Sequence record: NC_042128.1 | DNA: 64,000 nucleotides | Source: Escherichia phage RCS47 | Strand: one strand, 5' to 3' | In this document: positions 9,348 to 18,664 of the stretch, one piece after another | How the letters are laid out: each line of letters begins with the position of its first letter | How positions within the stretch are numbered: position 1 is the first letter of the stretch | Position numbers and translations under genes: made by a program | The notes under the pieces: generated by a model | The model's database searches: none | Seen by the model: only the letters and a program-made list of their open reading frames with translations | Told to the model about the DNA's origin: nothing

Positions 9348-10937
9348 TTACTTAATAAGCAGCGGTACGCCCTGGATACGACGGGCTACGCCAGTCGGGC
9401 AGCAGGCCCAGACTACTTCCCATTTATCGAATTCCGCCTGCGTAACTTTCAGCACATACGGTTCTGTACCGTCAGCATCAGGATCACGAGGAGCCACCAG
9501 AGCGCCGGAGGCGACAAAGCGATCTAAAAGTTTGGTCATCCCTTTAGTCAGGCCAGCCGCAGTAATACCGTCCGGGCTATGCTTCATCTGTCGGGCTAAC
9601 TGGACAAAGAAACGGCTGATTGCATTCATCAGGGATGGGACGTGCTGGAAGTGCAGATAGTTATCCTGCGTGCAGCAAGTTAAAGCATCGTCGATGATCA
9701 TCTGGCCAGAGGTGCCAACAGATACTTTATTGAGACGGCCCTTGACCATTGCTTCTTCGTCCGGGGTATCTTCCGGATACAGCGGTTGAATTGACGCACG
9801 AGCAATGACGGCACGTTCTTCACCAGCCGGTGAGTAATGCCAACCGCCGACATCAGAGTTTTTCTTGACGCCACGAGCTTTCGCCGCATACGCCACGCCA
9901 GACAGACCAAAGACCACACGGGATTGGGTCCATTTGTCTTTGCAGGAGAACGGGTAGTGATAGACAGCACAGCTTACATAATCGGTACCAAGTAAACCGG
10001 TATCTTCAACAGCAGAGATCGCTTCCGTGTACGTCAATGTCGGTTTGACATCAAAGAAGCCATCAATCAGGCGATCTGCACAGATTTTACCTAATGCGGT
10101 GATAGCCGCATTGTCATAGCAGCCCAGGCCAAGAACAGCGGTGTACATGTACGGCGCATTATTCAGCACTTTAACCGCACGCAGGTACGCAGCGGTTGAG
10201 ATTTTCGACTGATCGCCGTTGGTACCGCCAGTGAACGCCAACGATTTTTTGTTTGTTACTTTCGCTGTCGAAATCAGCTCTTCATTAACAACCGCGCGCA
10301 GATATTTAGAACGGGCTTCCAGAGCCGTAGGCAGATAACACAAGCGGCCCATGTCATCTTTCGCTTCTTCCGCCAAAGACACAGTGTGTGTCTCCAGGGT
10401 CGTTACCACGCCGAGCGAAGTCGTCTGGGTCAGTTTTAAGAGGAAGCGTTCATTACCCGCGCTGTCCGCTGTTGCCGTTTCGATGGTTAACTCACGGGTA
10501 GGTGAAATACACGGATCACCATCATCAACGTAGATAGCAAAGGCTTCGCCACTATCAAGTTCAATTTCAGAACCGTATGGCAACGCACTGTAAGCCGGTT
10601 CGCCTGATTCATCGAACATAATAATCGGGAACTTCGCATCATCCGGAACAGCGCGAACAACATAACCAGACGTTTGCTGAATAGCTTCGTATACATGGCG
10701 AATTGGTTCGAACTGTGAGCCGGAAGACGGCTTCAGCGGTTCGCCGAGAACATCTTCGTAATTGGACTCAGTAACCGCAAGAACAGTAAACGGCTTGCCA
10801 CGCGCAAATACGCCAATACCAGCCCATAAGCTGCTATTTAATGCAACACCGGTAGATAACGTCGCATCGGCATTGATCGGGCTAACCGCGACGCCGGATG
10901 CATTACCTAATGACTGTTGAATTGAATATTGAGACAT
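9348..10937 (-). CDS. putative tail sheath-like structural protein (gp22 position)
   Basis: 529-aa ORF adjacent to putative major head gene; by position in P1-like order. Confidence 0.4.
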   Translation of the reverse strand: MSQYSIQQSLGNASGVAVSPINADATLSTGVALNSSLWAGIGVFARGKPFTVLAVTESNYEDVLGEPLKPSSGSQFEPIRHVYEAIQQTSGYVVRAVPDDAKFPIIMFDESGEPAYSALPYGSEIELDSGEAFAIYVDDGDPCISPTRELTIETATADSAGNERFLLKLTQTTSLGVVTTLETHTVSLAEEAKDDMGRLCYLPTALEARSKYLRAVVNEELISTAKVTNKKSLAFTGGTNGDQSKISTAAYLRAVKVLNNAPYMYTAVLGLGCYDNAAITALGKICADRLIDGFFDVKPTLTYTEAISAVEDTGLLGTDYVSCAVYHYPFSCKDKWTQSRVVFGLSGVAYAAKARGVKKNSDVGGWHYSPAGEERAVIARASIQPLYPEDTPDEEAMVKGRLNKVSVGTSGQMIIDDALTCCTQDNYLHFQHVPSLMNAISRFFVQLARQMKHSPDGITAAGLTKGMTKLLDRFVASGALVAPRDPDADGTEPYVLKVTQAEFDKWEVVWACCPTGVARRIQGVPLLIK

Positions 10938-10997
10938 AACTTTCCCTGTTATGCGCCCCGCACGGGGGCGCTATGTTAAACGGAGAACTTCCCCTGA

Positions 10998-12725
10998 TTA
11001 CTCAGAGTCACCGGCATCAATCGTGTCGCCGCTAATGAAGTTAAGCCCGCCTTTTTTGGCCATTGTCAGCGTTACACGAGTGAAGTAATCAGCGCCGTTG
11101 CGTGGGTGCATATCGTTGATAGCCGAACCCCACAGCGTGGTACGGTTGACCAGCGCCGGAGTGGTCGGATGCTGGAACGGGATGGCCGGGACAGCATCAC
11201 CAGTCACGAAGCCTGCTTTACCCGGATTTTCATCACGGACGTAGCACAGCACATCCATCGAGCTGAACTGAATGTTCTCTGTCGTTAAGTTCTTACAAAT
11301 ACCAGCAGGTACTTCGTACACTTTCACGTTACCGAACAGGGTACCGATGTAGTGAACATACGGAGTCTGGATATAGTCTTCGGCTGGCTGGAAGAAATCC
11401 TTCGGCAACTGTTTGAAGAAAGATGCTGCATCAGCACCAGCAAACATCCCCATCGCACCAGAAGATTTAACGCGCTCAATAATGTCGCGATATACAGTCT
11501 GGAATTTGCCACGAATGATGGTTGCCCATACATCAAAGGACTGGTTAACCGGCAGAGCGATGTCAAAGGTGTCGGTCGCAAGAGTACGCCAGATCATGAT
11601 GCGAAGACGCAGCATATCCTGTTCATGAGACAGGTATTCCTTCAGGGTGCGGAACTGTAGGGAACCCAGGTCCAGACCAAATTCACGCTGTGCTTCATAC
11701 GCCGCCTGTACCGTGTGCTCAGCCGCGATAACGAACTGGCTTGGGAACAGGGTGTATTTCTTCATTTCGTGGTTGATCAGCGGGATCAGCTCAGGAGCGG
11801 CTTCAATATTGATTTCCGTCTCAATTGCGATCTCAGTGCCTTTATCCGGCGCTTTGGAGAACGACAGGGCAATCTGACCAATGTTGTAGTTCAGAGAGCA
11901 GGTAACAGTGATTTGCTCACCAGCAGCATTAGTAAACGAGTGAAGTAGGCTGCCGGAACCGTTATCAACAACAGACTTAATACGGTTAACGTAGATGTTA
12001 GTACGACCTTTTCGGATTGGTACATTCTGGCCTTCGAAGTCTTCCATCTTGAAGGTTGCGGTTTTGCTGGTGCCATCGGAGCTTGCCACCAGCACATAGC
12101 GGCGGCGTAACTGGCTGTACACACCGACGGATTGCATGTCCAGAACATCACCAGCAGCATAAGAACCAAAAGAGGAACCTGCCACGTTAAAGACTTCATA
12201 GATGTCGGACTGGTCACGCGTAACCGGAATGAAGGTACACGCATCAGCGGTAGCTGCCCCCAACTGAACAGGCAGGATCATCGCGAGGAATAAAGGCAGA
12301 CGCATAACACCGTCAGAAACGCTCATCATCTCTGCTGCGACGGATTCCAGCATCGCTTTATTAGTGGCATCCATGCTATTGCGGGTGGACTCAATCAGGC
12401 AGTTTTCCAGCGTCTGGTGGCAGGAGGCCAGAATTTCCGGACGCGGCATAGATTTATGTGCTGCGGCGTAGTCAGCCAGTGCACTTGCCCACGCTGTAGC
12501 GATTTGAGCGGTGGCATTATCAGAGATACCCGCAAAAACCGGGTCTTTACGTGCAGCTTCAAGGATAGATGCGGCACGCGCGGCATCATCTTTAATGAAT
12601 TGGTTATCAGTACCGAACTGCGCAGTGCTTGCCCAGCCAAGCACAGCTTTAGAGCGTTTTGCGATATCTGCAATACGATTCTGGTATTCGCGTAAGTTAC
12701 TCAATTTACTCTTCCTTAAACACAA
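10998..12725 (-). CDS. putative major head protein precursor (gp23 position)
   Basis: 575-aa ORF immediately upstream of parS/parB as in P1. Confidence 0.45.
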   Translation of the reverse strand: MCLRKSKLSNLREYQNRIADIAKRSKAVLGWASTAQFGTDNQFIKDDAARAASILEAARKDPVFAGISDNATAQIATAWASALADYAAAHKSMPRPEILASCHQTLENCLIESTRNSMDATNKAMLESVAAEMMSVSDGVMRLPLFLAMILPVQLGAATADACTFIPVTRDQSDIYEVFNVAGSSFGSYAAGDVLDMQSVGVYSQLRRRYVLVASSDGTSKTATFKMEDFEGQNVPIRKGRTNIYVNRIKSVVDNGSGSLLHSFTNAAGEQITVTCSLNYNIGQIALSFSKAPDKGTEIAIETEINIEAAPELIPLINHEMKKYTLFPSQFVIAAEHTVQAAYEAQREFGLDLGSLQFRTLKEYLSHEQDMLRLRIMIWRTLATDTFDIALPVNQSFDVWATIIRGKFQTVYRDIIERVKSSGAMGMFAGADAASFFKQLPKDFFQPAEDYIQTPYVHYIGTLFGNVKVYEVPAGICKNLTTENIQFSSMDVLCYVRDENPGKAGFVTGDAVPAIPFQHPTTPALVNRTTLWGSAINDMHPRNGADYFTRVTLTMAKKGGLNFISGDTIDAGDSE

Positions 12726-12840
12726 GGCACTTGTGTGAATCCCTTTTCGGAAGAGATTTTATTGAAAGTCACTTGTTGACTTTCTCGTGACAAGCAATTT
12801 TTTTATTTTTTCGGGAGGAGGGGAGGAAGGTAAAATCCAA

Positions 12841-12925
12841 GGTGAAATCGTGGCGATTTCACCTTGAAATTTTAGAGTAATTTACTTTAAAAACAGTCAG
12901 TTAATAGTGAAATTTGAATGGCGAA
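12841..12925. promoter_or_regulatory. parS: parS partition site
   Basis: heptamer ATTTCAC/GTGAAAT and hexamer TCGCCA/TGGCGA boxes flanking an AT-rich IHF-like spacer, directly downstream of parB. Confidence 0.75.
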
Positions 12926-12928
12926 AGT

Positions 12929-13930
12929 TTAAGGCTTCGGCTTTTTATCGAGGCTCTTTCTAAGGATATGCCCAATCATCCTGTCGAGTTCTTCCTGTAA
13001 CTCTTTTGAGAGTCGATTAAACTCATAAGAAAATGCACGGCCTTTCACGCGCTTCCTTGCAAAGCGATCCTTGTCCTCAAATTTCCATAATTCAGTAACT
13101 ACGGACTTATCTTTAGAACCTTTATCCGTGAGTAGTGAGGCTTCCTTTGTTATCAAGCGCAGGATTTTATTTTTAACTTCATCTTCGGCCATTTCTTCAA
13201 TGGATAAGATGTCGTTTATTTCCGGGGATATGTTTTGAATAAGCTGATCAAACTCTAAATTCTTGTTCCCCATTTCGTCGCCAACAGCACAAAGCGTTTT
13301 GTAGTCCGAAAAGGTTAATTCCGACTGCACAGGGAAAAGGGCGACTAATTCTTCCGGAGCACTCGCTGCCTGGAGAGCACGCGTGACCTTCGCCTGAGAC
13401 AGCCCTTCTTTGGCTGCAATATCCTTCTGACTCATCCCATCATTTTTCATTCGCATCAAACGCAGACCTATTTCTCGAATGCTGTGCTGCAATGCTGTCT
13501 GAACGTCTTTCGCTAAATTTTGCGCTTCCTGAACGCTGATCTCCTGGTCCGTGACTAAAACCCGCAACCCTACGTTCTCTAAGATGGCAGAAGCTCGACG
13601 CCGGGAACCATCCAAAATTTCAATTTTCCCTGTAGCCCGTCTGACACCTATTGCAGGGTAAAATTGCTGATGCTTAATAGTGCTTCGGATACTTTTTAAT
13701 GATTTTGGCGTAAGAGATGCCTGGTCACGCCCGTTGTTATGCTGATCAACAAAGGTATCGCTTTCTACCTGGTTCGGAGGTATTACCTCTTCAATAAATG
13801 TGGCCTGGCGACCAGTTGATAACTTGAATACCTGCTCGACTCGATCGCCAGAGGCTGAAGAACTATCAAATCCGCTTAATATTGAAGGATTAAGGGTTCG
13901 CCCAATTGTTGGTCTGTTTTTCTTTGACAT
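12929..13930 (-). CDS. parB: partition protein ParB
   Basis: 333 aa; P1-type ParB sequence; adjacent to parS and parA. Confidence 0.9.
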   Translation of the reverse strand: MSKKNRPTIGRTLNPSILSGFDSSSASGDRVEQVFKLSTGRQATFIEEVIPPNQVESDTFVDQHNNGRDQASLTPKSLKSIRSTIKHQQFYPAIGVRRATGKIEILDGSRRRASAILENVGLRVLVTDQEISVQEAQNLAKDVQTALQHSIREIGLRLMRMKNDGMSQKDIAAKEGLSQAKVTRALQAASAPEELVALFPVQSELTFSDYKTLCAVGDEMGNKNLEFDQLIQNISPEINDILSIEEMAEDEVKNKILRLITKEASLLTDKGSKDKSVVTELWKFEDKDRFARKRVKGRAFSYEFNRLSKELQEELDRMIGHILRKSLDKKPKP

Positions 13931-13946
13931 GGGGGTTTCTTACTCC

Positions 13947-15143
13947 TCAGTTAGATCTGATAAATTCAATACGGTCAAAAACTGCTTTAGCAAAATCTTC
14001 CGCGGCAATTCGCGCGTTCTTCAATGCATCAGCACTACCAACATACGTTGCCGGGTTAGCTGAAATAACAGTGTCAAAAGACTCGCCGCAGCGTTCAAAA
14101 CCGTCAAGGCGAGGGAGGACGACATCAAGCATATCCCCACCGAACACTTCTTTAGCCAGGCTATGGCAATACTTATGGTCTGCCTTGTTACTCAACTTGG
14201 ACATAAAACCAATGTTAGTCGCAAGCTGGCACTCGCAGCCTTCATCCGAAATGAGTTTTACCAACTCAGGAAGGCGGGCAACGTATTTAAGCGATGAGTG
14301 GAAATCAACCGTTGCAGGCGGCAGAGGTGTAAACAGTATATTGGCCGAGGCCAAAGCATTTTTCAGGAAGGCGTCAAGGTGAGGACCACTATCAACGAGG
14401 ATAAAGTCATAATCGCTCTTCAGCTTATCAATCACATTTTCTTTCAGGACTGCATGGATGTTTTGACCCGGTAGATGCTCATTGCACAGCTCTCTCCAAT
14501 CGGATGCAATAAAGGCATCGTCAATCGACGCAGGCATAACGTCAACCCCAGGTACAACAGAAGGAACAATAAACTCCTCTAACAGCTCTTCACGGCTTAC
14601 ATTCTGCAACATAGCCTGTGCAGATGTTGCGTTTACGATACCAATAGAGTGTTTATGGCTTAAAAACATCGTTGCTGAAGATTGCGGATCAAGGTCAATA
14701 ACCAGAATCCTTAAATCTTCCATCAGAAGATGAGGGTGAGCACGCATTGCATGCGCCAGAGAAACCGTCGATACAGTTTTTGACACACCGCCTTTAAGAT
14801 TGGAGATGAAAATCACATACGCTTCGCTGTAGCGATCCCGGTATTTTGGCACTCCGCGATGTTCATATATGTCAATGATGTTCTGAATTGACATCGCATA
14901 TTTCATTGAAGAGCCAGCAGGGCGTTTATCGAAAACATAACCCTTTTCTTCCATTTCACTCACGGCATAGTCAACGTTCGCTCGAGTCAGTAGAGGCAAT
15001 TTTGCCAGTGCCGCTTTCGCATAGACCTGGTAAAACTCGTTCGCGTGTAGCTCATCCTTTTGCAACTGTACTTGTTCAGTCAGAACATTGAGCATTCTGT
15101 TTGCTCTTTGAGCAACCTTGTGAAGCTGGCTGGAATCACTCAT
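13947..15143 (-). CDS. parA: partition ATPase ParA
   Basis: 398 aa; deviant Walker A KGGVSKT; N-terminal HTH extension typical of P1-type ParA. Confidence 0.9.
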   Translation of the reverse strand: MSDSSQLHKVAQRANRMLNVLTEQVQLQKDELHANEFYQVYAKAALAKLPLLTRANVDYAVSEMEEKGYVFDKRPAGSSMKYAMSIQNIIDIYEHRGVPKYRDRYSEAYVIFISNLKGGVSKTVSTVSLAHAMRAHPHLLMEDLRILVIDLDPQSSATMFLSHKHSIGIVNATSAQAMLQNVSREELLEEFIVPSVVPGVDVMPASIDDAFIASDWRELCNEHLPGQNIHAVLKENVIDKLKSDYDFILVDSGPHLDAFLKNALASANILFTPLPPATVDFHSSLKYVARLPELVKLISDEGCECQLATNIGFMSKLSNKADHKYCHSLAKEVFGGDMLDVVLPRLDGFERCGESFDTVISANPATYVGSADALKNARIAAEDFAKAVFDRIEFIRSN

Positions 15144-15283
15144 CGAAAGCCATCCTTTATGCTGTATTTTTGAATTTAATTAAAAATGCTGCATAAAATA
15201 ATAATGTATGCGTAGATGCTTGTACATAGCATTCTCTGCATGTTTGGTTCATTTTGCACGATTGAGAGTTACAAGGAGGGCAC

Positions 15284-15304
15284 AAAAAAGCCCCGTTCAG
15301 GGGC
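15284..15304 (-). terminator. Rho-independent terminator (minus strand)
   Basis: hairpin GCCCC-TGAAC-GGGGC followed by T6 on minus strand, right after the stop of the 15312-16121 gene. Confidence 0.55.
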
Positions 15305-15311
15305 ATCAGTG

Positions 15312-16121
15312 TTATTTGCTAAGAGCAGCGAATAATCGTTCGAAATCGATAGTATCTATGGCACGCGTAAGCGCCGGAAGTTCAGCCTCAAAGTACCCGT
15401 GTCGATCGTAAAAGAAGGGACCGAAGAGCGAGGCATGTTGGATTCTACTTCGCCCCAGCCCGGACACACAGTTAAGCCCATTACCGGCTAAAAGGCTAAA
15501 AAACTTCTCTGGATTATCGTGGTAAAGCTGGGAATCAATGGTGGCGGTTAACTCTTCCATAGGGAAGCACACCCGCCTTGTCTCCCAGGAATATTTAGTC
15601 CGAAGCATAAACATTGCTTTCAGCAATTCACATTGAGCGCGGATCGCGTCCGGTTCATAGCCAGATATGGAGACATAAGCCACGTCCCTCATTCCTGCGT
15701 CATCTTTGAAAGTCACGATAGAAGTAACATCCAGCTCTTTTTCGAAAGAGCGGGCAGCATCTACTGGACGCTGAAGTAAATCATTCGACTTAATGCGCTC
15801 GAGAATCCCTCCCCACATATCATTTAGATATTCGATATGAGCCAAAACCTTATCAAGACACTCTCGTGTAAACCATTCAGTATGCCCGCCACCAGCGCTT
15901 TTCTCCCACGGCGCATTCCAGGGGAAAAAGGTTGCGTGTAAAGCCCGCTCAAGATTAACTATTGCCAAACGCGTACCACGATAGACCCGTGAAAGCGCAA
16001 AATCGGGACTCACTTGTAGCCCTTTAAACCGTGCCAATGGACCACATGAAATGCCGATTTTAAAAGTATCTCCATTCTCCGGCACCAGAACGTAGAGGTA
16101 GTGTTGTTTCTCTTCTTGCAT
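15312..16121 (-). CDS. T5orf172 / GIY-YIG-like domain protein
   Basis: N-terminus YLYVLVPENGDTFKIGIS...RFKGLQ...LERALHATF...HTEWF matches the T5orf172 pattern; 269 aa. Confidence 0.55.
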   Translation of the reverse strand: MQEEKQHYLYVLVPENGDTFKIGISCGPLARFKGLQVSPDFALSRVYRGTRLAIVNLERALHATFFPWNAPWEKSAGGGHTEWFTRECLDKVLAHIEYLNDMWGGILERIKSNDLLQRPVDAARSFEKELDVTSIVTFKDDAGMRDVAYVSISGYEPDAIRAQCELLKAMFMLRTKYSWETRRVCFPMEELTATIDSQLYHDNPEKFFSLLAGNGLNCVSGLGRSRIQHASLFGPFFYDRHGYFEAELPALTRAIDTIDFERLFAALSK

Positions 16122-16154
16122 ATCAATACCACTGCTTGATGAGAACCGCGCAAA

Positions 16155-16413
16155 TGTTGACTATGCGCGAAAGTTAATGTGAATAGTTGACTATGCGCGA
16201 TGTGACTACAGTCAAAAGTTGACTGTAGTCGATTTAACTCCACCAAAGATCGACTATGTAAGATATTGTCGGGAGAAACGTTGACTATACGCGATGAAAT
16301 GACCCTAAAAGCCATCTCAATAGCAACTTGCAGAATATTGACGCCAGCAAAAATCCACCAGCGTCAACGAATGTCGCCTATAGTCAACTTCTCGCTATCG
16401 CATATAGTCAATA
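16155..16413. repeat. iteron cluster (incA-like), core GTTGACTATGCGCGA / CGCnTATAGTCAAC in both orientations
   Basis: at least seven copies read from sequence downstream of repA. Confidence 0.7.
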
Positions 16414-17298
16414 TTATGGATTGCGCTTATGGATCTGGAAGCCGATTTTCCTGCCGTTTTTTATTTCTGAAAATTTAAGATATTCAATAGCTTCCAAATC
16501 TTTCATGGCTTTTCTGATAACGCTATTTTGCACGCTAACGGATGATTTGAGATTAAGCCTTGCTCTAAGGCGCTCAATGCTGACAGGTGCCGGGTTGGCG
16601 GGTAGAGCCTCAAAGAATGTATACAGTACCTTGGCCGTCTCTTTGCGCCCGAGCTTATCCAGCATCTTCAGCTTCAGGATTCGCTTATAGTCAACATAGT
16701 AAAGTTCAGATAGCTGTTTCTGCGGCTGGATCTCGATAACATCAAGCTCAGTATTCAGGCTGCTATATGCCAACAAGTTGACGTTAATGTTATTGAGATG
16801 ACCTTTTGCCGCCGGGAAGCGGAATTTGACAACTGTCTGCTGAATGCGTGTCAGAGAGTCATCAATACTTTTACGGAACGCCTTTGAAAGGCGCTTACGT
16901 GGATAGCCGCATCGATCGGCAAACTCGGAGAATGGCAGGGTGATTATGCCGTCATCATCAGGAGCATAGTCAAACAACGCGGAGGTTATGCCCACCCACA
17001 CCTTAAAATCAGTATCCATATCCAGGCGTGGACCATGAATTTCAATTCCCTCATAGCCTTCCTGCTCAACAATTTTGAGGCTTGATAGTTCTTCGGTTGC
17101 GTTCGTTGTGTTTGTTGTAACTGACGATCCGCGACGTAGCGCCACATTGGTAGATTTTAAGGTTGGCACAAACACACCTAAGCGCAACAAAGCTATGGGT
17201 TGTATAGTGCTGTTGTTATTGGGCTTCAGGCTGTGGATTTCTCCTGTATTTCCTGCAACTTCTTCAACGCTAAGGAAGCCTTTACTTTCTTCCGGCAT
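16414..17298 (-). CDS. repA: iteron-binding replication initiator RepA
   Basis: 294-aa ORF bracketed by iteron arrays in P1 oriR-like arrangement; motif GPRLDMDTDFK. Confidence 0.7.
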   Translation of the reverse strand: MPEESKGFLSVEEVAGNTGEIHSLKPNNNSTIQPIALLRLGVFVPTLKSTNVALRRGSSVTTNTTNATEELSSLKIVEQEGYEGIEIHGPRLDMDTDFKVWVGITSALFDYAPDDDGIITLPFSEFADRCGYPRKRLSKAFRKSIDDSLTRIQQTVVKFRFPAAKGHLNNINVNLLAYSSLNTELDVIEIQPQKQLSELYYVDYKRILKLKMLDKLGRKETAKVLYTFFEALPANPAPVSIERLRARLNLKSSVSVQNSVIRKAMKDLEAIEYLKFSEIKNGRKIGFQIHKRNP

Positions 17299-17375
17299 CG
17301 TGGTTTCTCCATGTGTGGCGCGGCCTGGCGTTAATTTAGATGACTGTTATCAACAGCTGTGAATATTCAGGCTCT

Positions 17376-17481
17376 AAAATCGCGTACAGTCAACGTTTCT
17401 GTCGCGTATAGTCAACAATAAATCGCGTGCAGTCAACATAAAATCGCACACAGTCAACATAAAATCGCGTATAGTCAATGT
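17376..17481. repeat. five direct iterons (CGCGTATAGTCAAC-like) spaced about 22 bp: replication origin core
   Basis: copies at 17376, 17401, 17424, 17446, 17468. Confidence 0.7.
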
Positions 17482-17482
17482 T

Positions 17483-17590
17483 GATCCCGTTTCAGGCCAT
17501 GAACGGCGCGGCTTACAGCGATCCGGGATCTTCTTTGGATCTTCCTAGGTTCTCTTTGGGATCTGTTTATTGGATCTATGCTGTGGATAA
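17483..17590. promoter_or_regulatory. origin-associated GATC cluster (six Dam sites) and DnaA box TGTGGATAA (17582-17590)
   Basis: GATC at 17483, 17519, 17526, 17538, 17559, 17572; exact DnaA-box match. Confidence 0.6.
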
Positions 17591-17632
17591 GTTGAATAAA
17601 CCGGCCAACATAGCCGGTTGGAAGGAAGGGTA

Positions 17633-18025
17633 TTATTCTACGCTTTCGATAAGAAGACCATGTTCATAACATTTAAGCTCATCGCCTTCGTACAGGAATT
17701 GGTATCCAATACCACCATTTTCATGGACATTAGGGAATAACTCATAACTCACTGAAGAGCAAATCACACCAATGCAGCGATCAACGCCTTCTCGTTCTTC
17801 AGTGCTGAAAAAATCCTCTTCGGTAAGAACATGAGTACATTGCTCATCAGCATAGGTCGGAAATACATGCTCAATGCAATCCGGGTGTTTTAAACCAAGC
17901 TGAGCGGCAAGCTCGAAAGCATGACGGTATTGTTCAGATCCTGGCTTGCCAACAGTGATGTGCTCAATTTTGTAGATTGAAGTCGCTTTGTTGATAGTTT
18001 GCTTTACTGTTACTTTATCAGACAT
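17633..18025 (-). CDS. hypothetical protein
   Basis: 130-aa ORF. Confidence 0.45.
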   Translation of the reverse strand: MSDKVTVKQTINKATSIYKIEHITVGKPGSEQYRHAFELAAQLGLKHPDCIEHVFPTYADEQCTHVLTEEDFFSTEEREGVDRCIGVICSSVSYELFPNVHENGGIGYQFLYEGDELKCYEHGLLIESVE

Positions 18026-18036
18026 AAAAATCCCTT

Positions 18037-18369
18037 TTAGTTACCGCTGATAGCGCGGTTGTAATCATTAACGTTGCGATTCTTCCTGTTAATCCCCATC
18101 AGCATCGTTTCTGTATCGAGGATATACGCTGGCAGATCATCGAAATATTCACTGCTAAACTCTGGCATTCTGCACATAAATGCACTTTTGGGGGCAGGGT
18201 GGTTAACCTTTGTCGGCGTCGGCGTTAAATTCGCTGATCGACTCCCGGAGCAACCGCTGAGTGTCAGCAGGAATGCGCTGGCGAACATTACCCGCCGCAA
18301 CCAGTTGTTTCTGAACTTCAGCTTTTCGTTCCATTTGCCTGTCAGCATATTTGGCTTGTTCTGATTCAT
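18037..18369 (-). CDS. lipoprotein, o-spanin-like (true start likely internal)
   Basis: lipobox LSGC, proline-rich mature region; out-of-frame overlap with upstream membrane protein gene. Confidence 0.45.
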   Translation of the reverse strand: MNQNKPNMLTGKWNEKLKFRNNWLRRVMFASAFLLTLSGCSGSRSANLTPTPTKVNHPAPKSAFMCRMPEFSSEYFDDLPAYILDTETMLMGINRKNRNVNDYNRAISGN

Positions 18370-18625
18370 TTTTCACTTCCTGGCTGTGAAAATGTTGCTC
18401 TGCTTTGTTCATCGTCTCAATGGTCTGGTTAAGATCCATTATTGACTTATCACGTTCCTTAACAGCCTGATCAAGACTGCCAATTTTCTCGATGGCTTGC
18501 TTTAGCTGATGACGTTCCCATGCAAACCCAGCACCAACAAGTGCGCAAATCAGAACAAGAACACCAGTAGCAGCAAGTTTCTCCTTCAAAGACAAAGCTG
18601 TTTTTAACGTAGAAAAGAATGACAT
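18203..18625 (-). CDS. type II membrane coiled-coil protein, i-spanin-like
   Basis: start at 18625 with AGGAGG SD; N-terminal TM segment LAATGVLVLICALVGAGFAW then coiled coil. Confidence 0.45.
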   Translation of the reverse strand: MSFFSTLKTALSLKEKLAATGVLVLICALVGAGFAWERHQLKQAIEKIGSLDQAVKERDKSIMDLNQTIETMNKAEQHFHSQEVKNESEQAKYADRQMERKAEVQKQLVAAGNVRQRIPADTQRLLRESISEFNADADKG

Positions 18626-18664
18626 GTCTTCCTCCTGAAGAAAAATTATCAATGAAGTCCTTTG

